A stretch of DNA of 24,000 bases from contig NZ_JAHOPH010000005.1 of assembly GCF_019798055.1 (NCBI RefSeq), forward strand, positions 118,426-142,425, given 5' to 3'. The position numbers and the translations under genes were made by a program. The notes beneath the pieces are model-generated. The model did not search any database and was not told where the DNA came from. It saw only the letters and a program-made list of their open reading frames with translations. The stretch is from Salsipaludibacter albus. GTDB lineage: Bacteria; Actinomycetota; Nitriliruptoria; Nitriliruptorales; Nitriliruptoraceae. This document shows positions 7,568 through 14,641 of this stretch, one piece after another (position 1 is the first letter of the stretch; every line of letters begins with the position of its first letter).

Positions 7568-8473
7568 TGCCCGGTCCGGCCCCGGTCGAACGGCCATCGC
7601 GAGGTGCCAGGCGGCGGCCCAGACCAGCGCGGCGCCCAGGATGTGGAACACGACGGGCAGGGGCGGCACGCCCAGCGCGTACTGCAGGTAGCCCAGCCCA
7701 CCCTGGGCCAGTTCCAACCCCAGCAACAGGGTGGCGGCGCGCCGGACCCGAGTGGCGCCCATGGCCACGGCGACGGCCAGGACCGCGACGGTCGCGCCGA
7801 CCAGCAGCCACACGGCGTCGGCGTGCGCCACCGCGATGGTGCGGATGTCCAGGCCCAGCCGGACCGTCCCCGGGTCGCCGGCGTGCGGACCCGAGCCCGT
7901 CACCAGCGTGCCCAGCACCAGCACCGCGCCGGCGACGACGACCACCGCCCCGGTGGCGAGCCGCAGGCCGGTCACGTCGTCGTGCGGTCGCGGATCCGTC
8001 CGGCCCACCAGCACGACGGCCGCCGCCACCAGCGCCATCGACGCGAGGAAGTGCGCCGCGACCACCAGGGGATGCAGTCCGGTCAGGACGGTGACGCCGC
8101 CCAGCGCTGCCTGGGCCCCCACGCCGACGGGCTGGACCCACGCGAGGCGCCGCAGGTCGGGGCGGTCACGCGCCTCGCGTCGCGCGGCCAGCACGACCCA
8201 GACGGCCGCGGCCAGGACGACGAACGTCAGCAGCCGGTTGCCGAACTCGACGAACGTGTGCCACTGCGCGTCGGCGGCTGCCGGGACGACCCGAGTGCCC
8301 TCGCAGGCGGGCCAGTCCGGGCAGCCCAGGCCGGACTCCGAGACCCGGACGATCCCACCCGTGAGCACGATCCCGATGTTGGCCACCAGGGCCGCCAGGG
8401 CCGCGCGACGCAGCCGCGGGAACCCGGGACCGGACCGACCGGTCCCGACGGCCGAAGGGGCGATCGTGGACAT
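7553..8473 (-). CDS. ctaA: Heme A synthase (COX15/CtaA)
   Basis: 3' part of track ORF 7553-8800, starting at MSTIAPS (ATG 8473). It carries the hallmark SGLGCPDWPACEG motif, multiple TM helices, TGSGPHAGD, and conserved His residues in the helices (HTFVEFGNR, AAHFLASM, VAHADAV, VVFHILGA). Confidence 0.85.
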   Translation of the reverse strand: MSTIAPSAVGTGRSGPGFPRLRRAALAALVANIGIVLTGGIVRVSESGLGCPDWPACEGTRVVPAAADAQWHTFVEFGNRLLTFVVLAAAVWVVLAARREARDRPDLRRLAWVQPVGVGAQAALGGVTVLTGLHPLVVAAHFLASMALVAAAVVLVGRTDPRPHDDVTGLRLATGAVVVVAGAVLVLGTLVTGSGPHAGDPGTVRLGLDIRTIAVAHADAVWLLVGATVAVLAVAVAMGATRVRRAATLLLGLELAQGGLGYLQYALGVPPLPVVFHILGAALVWAAAWHLAMAVRPGPDRASGQR

Positions 8474-8480
8474 GCCCGGC

Positions 8481-8486
8481 AGGGTA
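8481..8486 (-). promoter_or_regulatory. Candidate -10 (TACCCT) placed for a leaderless ctaA transcript
   Basis: The minus strand reads cgTACCCTgccgggcATG. This is a TANNNT hexamer 7 nt upstream of the ctaA ATG, with no SD present. Confidence 0.3.
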
Positions 8487-8560
8487 CGCCGACTCCCGAC
8501 GGGCTCGTCCGCCCCGCAGGGGGCGCCGGCCCACGGCTCGCCCCGACGTCGCCGCGGGCC

Positions 8561-8566
8561 TACCCT
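8561..8566 (+). promoter_or_regulatory. Candidate -10 (TACCCT) for ctaB, mirror image of the ctaA element
   Basis: The plus strand reads gggccTACCCTcggg. It is the same hexamer, in a similar flank, as the ctaA-side element 74 bp away on the other strand. Confidence 0.25.
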
Positions 8567-8667
8567 CGGGGGTCCGGGAGCCACCCCACCAGTGGGGTGC
8601 CCCGACCGTGCAGGCCCGGCCACCTCGGCCACCTCCCACCCGCCGGTCCAGGATCGGTCCAAGATCA

Positions 8668-9678
8668 ATGAGCGCTTCACCCGCCGAGTCGTCGGCCGCC
8701 GAGCATCGCCGTGCCACGCCGGCCGGCGATGGCGGGGCACGCACCTCGGCGGGGTCGGCGGGGCTGGCCGAGGACCCGCTCGCACCCGGCGTCGGACCAC
8801 TGCACACGGTGGACCGACGGTCGACCGTGCTGGCCTACGTGGCGGTGACCAAGCCCCGCATCATCGAGCTCCTGCTGGTGACGACGGTGCCGACGATGTT
8901 CGTCGCCGCCGAGGGGTGGCCCGGACTGGGGCTGCTCGTGGCGACCGTGCTGGGCGGGACGCTGTCCGCAGGCGGCGCCAACGCGATCAACAACTACTAC
9001 GACCGCGACATCGACCGGGCCATGGCCCGCACGGCCCAGCGACCGACGGCCAACGACACGATCCCGCCGCGCAACGCGCTGTGGCTGGGGATCGGACTGG
9101 GCGTGGCCGGGTTCGTGCTGCTGGCCACGACCGTGAACCTGCTGGCCGCGGGACTGGCGACCTTCGGCCTGCTGTTCTACGTGTTCGTCTACACGATGCT
9201 GCTCAAGCGGCGCACACCCCAGGCAGTGGTGATCGGCGGGATCGCCGGCTGCATGCCCGTGCTGACCGGGTGGGCGGCCGTCGGGGCGCCGTTCAGCGAT
9301 CCCCGGCCGTGGCTGCTGTTCGGGATCCTGTTCTGGTGGCAGCCACCGCACTTCTGGGCGCTGGCGATGAAGTACCGGGACGACTACGCCCGCGCCGGGC
9401 TGCCGATGATGCCGGTCAGCTGGGGCAACGACGAGACCACGCGACAGATCCTGCTGAACAGTTGGCTGCTCGCGGCCCTGGTGCTGGCGTACGTGGCGGG
9501 TGCCCCGGCCGGCTGGTGGTTCGCCGTGCCGGCCCTGGTGCTCACTGCCGGCTGGCTGGTGACCGCCCACCGCCTGCGGTCCCGACGGACGGTCGAGGCC
9601 GCCATGCGGCTGTTCCACTACTCGACGGTCTACCTCGCCCTGGTGTTCGTCTTCGCCGCCGTCGATGCGGTCATCTGA
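8668..9678 (+). CDS. ctaB: Protoheme IX farnesyltransferase (heme O synthase)
   Basis: UbiA-family motifs GGANAINNYYDRDIDRAMARTAQRP and WWQPPHFWALAM, with ~8-9 TM helices. The start is uncertain: ATG 8668 is chosen here, and the track ORF begins at GTG 8608. Confidence 0.85.
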   Translation: MSASPAESSAAEHRRATPAGDGGARTSAGSAGLAEDPLAPGVGPLHTVDRRSTVLAYVAVTKPRIIELLLVTTVPTMFVAAEGWPGLGLLVATVLGGTLSAGGANAINNYYDRDIDRAMARTAQRPTANDTIPPRNALWLGIGLGVAGFVLLATTVNLLAAGLATFGLLFYVFVYTMLLKRRTPQAVVIGGIAGCMPVLTGWAAVGAPFSDPRPWLLFGILFWWQPPHFWALAMKYRDDYARAGLPMMPVSWGNDETTRQILLNSWLLAALVLAYVAGAPAGWWFAVPALVLTAGWLVTAHRLRSRRTVEAAMRLFHYSTVYLALVFVFAAVDAVI

Positions 9679-9703
9679 CGATCAGCTCGCGAGGGTGGCG
9701 ACG

Positions 9704-9763
9704 CCTGGCCTTCGGCCAGGTCGGAGTTCCTCGCTCCGCTCGGAACATCCCGTCCTGCGGAGC
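9704..9763. terminator. Hairpin pair in repeat copy 1 (candidate terminator nearest the ctaB stop)
   Basis: cctggcc-ttc-ggccagg (9704-9720) is a 7-bp perfect stem. gctccgc...gcggagc (9733-9763) is a 7-bp stem with a 17-nt loop. No U-tract is present. Confidence 0.35.
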
Positions 9764-9790
9764 AAGCTTCATCCTGCGATGGTGGCGACG

Positions 9791-9850
9791 CCTGGCCTTC
9801 GGCCAGGTCGGAGTTCCTCGCTCCGCTCGGAACATCCCGTCCTGCGGAGC
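9791..9850. terminator. Hairpin pair in repeat copy 2 (candidate terminator nearest the cupredoxin stop)
   Basis: Same two stems as copy 1, at 9791-9807 and 9820-9850. They begin 6 nt downstream (minus sense) of the stop at 9856-9858. Confidence 0.35.
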
Positions 9851-9855
9851 AAGCT

Positions 9856-10602
9856 TCATCCTGCGATGGTGGCGACACCCCACATGGTGCTGGGGTGGAC
9901 CGTGCACACGAAGTAGAACTGCTCGGGGGCCACGGGCTCGGCGCCCTCCTCGGCCGGCCACTCGAACTCGTAGGCACGGATCTGTGCACCCGGGAACGGC
10001 GCGGGCTCCTCGGGGGTGAGCTCCTCGGTGCCCAGCTGGGCCGTGCTCGACCCGTACGCGTCCTCCTCCGGCAGGCCGTAGATCGCGAGGTTGTGCTCGA
10101 CGCCCGGGTCCCGGTTGTCGAAGGCGTAGGTGAACATCCCGGCCGCGTCCTCGGCGGACTCGATGGTCCACTCCTGGGTCTCCTCACACCCGCCGTCGGT
10201 GGGCAGGCAGAACGCGTCGAGGCTCTCGGCCGCCATCGTCGGGGCGTCCGGGGGCACCTCCGCGAGCAGGAACTCGGGTCCGTGCGGTTGGGCGTTGACG
10301 TTGAGCGCGGCCGGGTCGATGCCCAGCGCGCCGGCCGCGATGACCGACCCGATCGCGATCGGTCCGAGGACCGCCAGGGCGACCCCGAACTGCTTGGTCC
10401 GGTTCAACGAGTCCTGGGTGGATGCCAGGGTCGCGGCCAGCAGGATCCCCGCCGCGGCGATGATCGCCAGGGTCGCGGCACCTGCCGACGTCGTGTAGAG
10501 CAGCATCCAGGCATACAGCCCGATCATTGCCGCCACCACGACGACGATCCCGAGCGGGATCACCACCGGGAGGAATGCGCGCTTGCGGAAGTCGTCGTTC
10601 AT
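9856..10602 (-). CDS. Membrane-anchored type-1 (blue) copper cupredoxin-domain protein
   Basis: 3' part of track ORF 9856-11256, starting at MNDDFRKRAF (ATG 10602, ATGA overlap with the ctaG stop). Three N-terminal hydrophobic helices precede a soluble domain. That domain has GVEHNLAIY (His-Asn) and YFVCTVHPSTMWG (C-x2-H-x3-M at nt 9883-9906), which is the His/Cys/His/Met ligand pattern of cupredoxins. Confidence 0.75.
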   Translation of the reverse strand: MNDDFRKRAFLPVVIPLGIVVVVAAMIGLYAWMLLYTTSAGAATLAIIAAAGILLAATLASTQDSLNRTKQFGVALAVLGPIAIGSVIAAGALGIDPAALNVNAQPHGPEFLLAEVPPDAPTMAAESLDAFCLPTDGGCEETQEWTIESAEDAAGMFTYAFDNRDPGVEHNLAIYGLPEEDAYGSSTAQLGTEELTPEEPAPFPGAQIRAYEFEWPAEEGAEPVAPEQFYFVCTVHPSTMWGVATIAG

Positions 10603-11459
10603 GCCGGTCCTCGGGACTGGGTCGTGGAGAGGGTCATGCGGTCGATGCGCGCCTGGCGGTCTCGACGCTCGTCGTCGGCAGCCCAGCGGAAGAACTTGAC
10701 GGCGATGATCCCCCACAGGAGGAACCCGCCCCCCAGCTTCATGATCAGGCCGCCGATCCGCATGTCGGTGATCAGGCCGATGTCCCAGGGCTGGCTGACC
10801 GCGTTGTAGACGGGGTACAGCGGCACGTCGCCGAACAGCAGGAAGGCCGAGGGGATCGTGGGCAGCAGGGTCATCATGAACAGGTACAGCATCTGGGACA
10901 GCGGCTGCATGCGGGGCAGCACCGCGGGGAACGGCGAGAACACCGGGGTCCACATCAGCAGGGCCGACCCGATCAGGACCAGGTGGTCGGCCGCGTGGAA
11001 CACCTCGCTGTCGAGTTGGAACGCGACGACGGCGGGGAGATGGGTGACCAGGAACACGAGGTTGAACAGCACCCCGGCGACCAGTGGCCGGGTCAGCCAG
11101 CGGACCGCGGCGCGGACCCGGTCGTTGCGCAGCAGGACGTCGCCCATCCACTCCGGCAACCCCAGCAACAGCAGCGGCGGGATGACGAAGGCCTGGAGCA
11201 CGTGCTGGAGCATGTGGAACGAGAACAGGTGCTCGGACAGGGCCGCCAGCGGCCACCCGTCAGACAGCCAGAAGGTCGCGACGCCAGCCACGAAGAACGC
11301 GGCCTGACGGCCGGTCACGGCCGGCTGGCCGGGCCGCGTCATGGTCGGGCCGTGTCGTCGGATCAGCCCCCACCAGGCCGCCAGGACCCCGATCGACAGC
11401 AGGGTGACGTCCAGGGGGAAACCCGCCTGCACGTCGACACCGCCGAGGGTGAAGTCCAT
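10599..11459 (-). CDS. ctaG: Cytochrome c oxidase assembly factor CtaG (Bacillus/Caa3_CtaG type)
   Basis: 286-aa polytopic membrane ORF. FHMLQHVLQAFVIPPLLLLGLP matches the conserved H-x3-H...PPLL motif of Caa3_CtaG proteins. It sits directly after ctaF. Confidence 0.75.
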   Translation of the reverse strand: MDFTLGGVDVQAGFPLDVTLLSIGVLAAWWGLIRRHGPTMTRPGQPAVTGRQAAFFVAGVATFWLSDGWPLAALSEHLFSFHMLQHVLQAFVIPPLLLLGLPEWMGDVLLRNDRVRAAVRWLTRPLVAGVLFNLVFLVTHLPAVVAFQLDSEVFHAADHLVLIGSALLMWTPVFSPFPAVLPRMQPLSQMLYLFMMTLLPTIPSAFLLFGDVPLYPVYNAVSQPWDIGLITDMRIGGLIMKLGGGFLLWGIIAVKFFRWAADDERRDRQARIDRMTLSTTQSRGPA

Positions 11460-11465
11460 GTCGTC

Positions 11466-11798
11466 TCAGCTTCCCATCAGGGTGGGGACCTCGGCGATCG
11501 CCAGGAAGGCGATGCCGTACAGCGTCAGCGCACCGACCAGCCCCGTCACCATCAGCCGGGTGTACAGGCGGGTGTCGTACTTCAGGTGCATGAAGAAGCC
11601 GACGATCAGGCCGAACTTGATCGCCATCAGGGTCAGCAGGATCGGGATGTGCAGCCAGCCGAACTCGACGAAGTACGTGGAGAACTCCATCAGCGTCAGC
11701 ACCGACAGGGCGCCGGCGATCTCGACGTACTGGCGCACCGTCGGCTCGTCGTGGTGCGCGGCCTGCGTGGTGGCGTCGGCGGTGGTGGCGTCGGACAT
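11466..11798 (-). CDS. ctaF: Cytochrome c oxidase subunit IV (Bacillus-type CtaF)
   Basis: 110-aa ORF with 3 TM helices, positioned between ctaE and ctaG. Size and topology match prokaryotic COX4 (CtaF/CyoD-like). Confidence 0.7.
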   Translation of the reverse strand: MSDATTADATTQAAHHDEPTVRQYVEIAGALSVLTLMEFSTYFVEFGWLHIPILLTLMAIKFGLIVGFFMHLKYDTRLYTRLMVTGLVGALTLYGIAFLAIAEVPTLMGS

Positions 11799-11850
11799 GT
11801 GCGCGCTTTCGGTCTCGCGGGGGTCGGGGAGTCCGTGTGGACGGGCCCCA

Positions 11851-12432
11851 CTATCCCCAGGGGATCAGGTAGACCACGACGAAGATGATGACCCAGATGA
11901 CGTCGACGAAGTGCCAGTACAGCCCGATGATCTCGGTCTTGAGGGGCTGGCTGGCCTTGACCTTGCCGACCCGGCTGTAGGACCACAGCCCGAGCAGCAT
12001 GATGATGCCCACGGTCACGTGCACACCGTGGAAGCCGGTCAGGACGAAAAAGGACGAGGCGAACGGGCTGGCCGTGGGGACCAGGCCCTCCTTGAAGAAC
12101 TTGGTGAACTCGTAGGCCTGTCCACCGACGAACACCAGGCCCTGGAAGGCCGTGGCCAGGATCCACATGCGCATGCGGCGCATGTCGCCCTGTTCGTGGG
12201 CATGGTGGGCCAGCACCATCGTCAGCGAGGACATCAGCAGGACGAACGAGCTGACCGACGTGTAGACGATGTCGAAGATCTCGCCGTCGGGGCCACCCGC
12301 AGTGGTGTTCAGGTACATCAGGTAGGCGGTGATGAACGCCCCGAAGAACATGAACTCGGACCCCAGGAAGACCCACATCGCGAGTTTGCGATTGTCGAGG
12401 CCCAGGGAGGTCTCTTCAACGGCTGCGGACAC
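11851..12432 (-). CDS. ctaE: Cytochrome c oxidase subunit III
   Basis: 193-aa ORF with COX3 motifs: FFVLTGFHGVHVTVG, GLYWHFVDVIWVIIF. The GTG start has a perfect SD, AAGGAGGctgccGTG. Confidence 0.9.
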   Translation of the reverse strand: MSAAVEETSLGLDNRKLAMWVFLGSEFMFFGAFITAYLMYLNTTAGGPDGEIFDIVYTSVSSFVLLMSSLTMVLAHHAHEQGDMRRMRMWILATAFQGLVFVGGQAYEFTKFFKEGLVPTASPFASSFFVLTGFHGVHVTVGIIMLLGLWSYSRVGKVKASQPLKTEIIGLYWHFVDVIWVIIFVVVYLIPWG

Positions 12433-12483
12433 GGCAGCCTCCTTGCGTCGTTCGGGGCGCTCGGTGCGCCGGGTTCGTGGGGC

Positions 12484-14559
12484 TCATGCCGCAGCCGCGC
12501 TGGGCTCCGGGTCGTCGTCGTCGCCCTCGGCCACGGGCTCGAGGATCCAGCCGAACAGGCCCATCATGAGCCACAGCGCACCGACGACCAGCAGGGCCGG
12601 GTTGGCGAAGGTCAGGCCGTAGCCCAGCGGGAGCAGCCCCACGCACATGATCAGCGGCCAGTACGACGGGTCGGGCATGTGGATGTGCTCGGTGTCGCCG
12701 CCGTGGTCGTCCGGGGTCGCCTTGGCGAGCGCCTCGTCCTCCGGCAGGGCCACGTCGTCGGGGGACGCCTTGGCGTTGCCGGAGGTGTCGACCGTCGCCG
12801 TGCCCCCGGCGGTGGCCGGGAACTCGTCACCGTGTTCGTCGGCACTCGCGGGGGACGTCGACGGGTCATGGTCCTGCGAGGCACCGGCGGGCACCGGTCG
12901 CAGGCTGCCGTCCTCGGCCTCGGCGTACTTGCGCTCCCAGAACTCGTCCCGCGCGGTCACCTCGGGGATCTCGTAGAAGTTGACGTAGGGCGTCGGCGAG
13001 GGCGTCATCCACTCGAGCGTGCGGGCGTCCCACGGGTCGTCGCCGGACGCCTCCCCGGATCGCAGCGAGGTGACGAGGTTGAACAGGAAGATCGACGCGG
13101 ACACCGTCAGCACGGCGACCCCGGCGGTCGACAGGACGTTGTACAGCGCCACGTCGGTCCCGAGCTCGGCGGGCAGCACCGCGGTGCGGCGGGGCTGGCC
13201 GAGCAGACCGGACATGTGCATCGGGCCGAAGGTCAGGTTGAACCCGAGCAACCAGGTCCAGAAGTGCCACTTCCCGAGTTTCTCGCCGAGCAGCTTGCCG
13301 GTCACCTTGGGGAAGTAGTAGTAGATCCCCGAGACCAGCCCGAACAACGCACCACCGAACAGGACGTAGTGGAAGTGGGCCACGATCCAGTAGGTGTCGG
13401 TCTGCTGGGCGTCGTGGGGCACGATGGCGTGGGTCACCCCCGACAGGCCCCCGATGGTGAACATCGACACGAAGCCGACCGAGAACAGCATGGCGGTGGT
13501 GAACTTGACCTTGCCGCCCCACATCGTGAAGACCCAGTTGAAGATCTTGATGCCGGTCGGGACGGCGATGAACATCGTGGTCAGGCCGAAGGCGGACCGG
13601 GCGACCGGCCCGACGGCGGAGGTGAACATGTGGTGGGCCCACACCCCGAAGCCGATGAAGCCGATGGCGACCCCGGCGAAGACCATCGCGGCGTAGCCGA
13701 ACAGCGGCTTGCGCGAGAAGGTGGGCATGACCTCGCTGACGATCCCCATCGCCGGCAGGATCATGATGTAGACCTCGGGATGCCCGAACAGCCAGAACAG
13801 GTGCTGCCAGAGCACGGGGTCACCGCCCGTGGCGGGCTGGAAGAACTGGGTGCCGAACACCACGTCGCCGTTGAGCATGAACAGCGCCACGGCGATGATC
13901 GGCAGGGCGAACAGCAGCAGGAAGTTTGTGACCAGGGTCATCCACGTGAACACCGGCATGCGCATGAAGGTCATGCCGGGCGCCCGCATGTTGAGGATCG
14001 TGGTGATGAAGTTGACGGCGGCCGACAGCGACGAGATCCCCACGATCTGCAGTCCGACGGCGTAGAAGGCCATGTTGTCGCCGGGGATCTGGGTCGACAG
14101 CGGTGCGTAGCCGAACCAGCCACCGTTGGGGATGGCGTTGAACAGCACCGACGAGTACAGGAACAGCCCGCCGAACAGGAACGTCCAGAACGAGAACGCG
14201 TTCAGACGGGGGAACGCGACGTCACGGGCGCCGATCTGCAGCGGGATCAGGTAGTTGAAGAAGGCCGCGCCCAGGGGCATGACCACCAGGAAGACCATGG
14301 TCAGGCCGTGCAGGGTGAAGGCCTGGTTGTAGACCTCCTCGGTGACCAGGGTCGACTCGGCGGACGCCAGCTGGGCCCGGATGATCCAGGCCGTCACGCC
14401 ACCGAGGAAGAAGAAGAGCATGACGGACCAGAAGTACATGATCCCGATCTTCTTGTGGTCGGTCGTCGCGAGGTAGCCCTTGAAGCCGTCGAGGGCGGTC
14501 GGACGACTGAACACGCTCCGCGAGCGGGCCTGTGGGGGCGCCGTGGTGGTGGCCATCAT
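12484..14559 (-). CDS. ctaD: Cytochrome c oxidase subunit I with acidic insertion and two extra C-terminal TM helices
   Basis: 691-aa ORF with heme-copper oxidase motifs: LFWLFGHPEVYIMILP, WAHHMFTS, VAHFHYVLFGG. GGAGA upstream favours the second ATG (14556) about as well as the first. Confidence 0.95.
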   Translation of the reverse strand: MMATTTAPPQARSRSVFSRPTALDGFKGYLATTDHKKIGIMYFWSVMLFFFLGGVTAWIIRAQLASAESTLVTEEVYNQAFTLHGLTMVFLVVMPLGAAFFNYLIPLQIGARDVAFPRLNAFSFWTFLFGGLFLYSSVLFNAIPNGGWFGYAPLSTQIPGDNMAFYAVGLQIVGISSLSAAVNFITTILNMRAPGMTFMRMPVFTWMTLVTNFLLLFALPIIAVALFMLNGDVVFGTQFFQPATGGDPVLWQHLFWLFGHPEVYIMILPAMGIVSEVMPTFSRKPLFGYAAMVFAGVAIGFIGFGVWAHHMFTSAVGPVARSAFGLTTMFIAVPTGIKIFNWVFTMWGGKVKFTTAMLFSVGFVSMFTIGGLSGVTHAIVPHDAQQTDTYWIVAHFHYVLFGGALFGLVSGIYYYFPKVTGKLLGEKLGKWHFWTWLLGFNLTFGPMHMSGLLGQPRRTAVLPAELGTDVALYNVLSTAGVAVLTVSASIFLFNLVTSLRSGEASGDDPWDARTLEWMTPSPTPYVNFYEIPEVTARDEFWERKYAEAEDGSLRPVPAGASQDHDPSTSPASADEHGDEFPATAGGTATVDTSGNAKASPDDVALPEDEALAKATPDDHGGDTEHIHMPDPSYWPLIMCVGLLPLGYGLTFANPALLVVGALWLMMGLFGWILEPVAEGDDDDPEPSAAAA

Positions 14560-14641
14560 CGTCTCCGGGTCGTCACGGTCTGCACGTGTCGGTGGTGTCG
14601 GTGGCGGGGGTGGGTCGGACTCGGACGAGGTCGGCGACCGG

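Larger units (their letters stand above)
9694..9876. repeat. Perfect 87-bp tandem duplication (2 full copies + 9-bp third start)
   Basis: Copy 1 (9694-9780) and copy 2 (9781-9867) are identical base for base. A third unit starts with ggtggcgac at 9868-9876. The period is 87 nt, or 29 codons. Confidence 0.95.

Noticed and set aside
9694-9876. Possible CRISPR array
   Set aside because: There are only two directly abutting identical 87-bp units with no spacers between them, and no cas genes in the window.
9665-9916. 83-aa ORF (and parts of 7731-10019, 9630-10187, 9671-10171) with a duplicated 29-aa peptide
   Set aside because: The repeat peptide exists only because the 87-bp duplication is a multiple of three. 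These ORFs overlap the ctaB and cupredoxin ends, have no RBS, and have poor composition.
12466-12482. tRNA T-arm-like string gggttcgtggggc
   Set aside because: There is no acceptor or anticodon stem context. It lies in the short ctaD-ctaE spacer beside the ctaE SD. No tRNA-like cloverleaf is apparent anywhere in the window.
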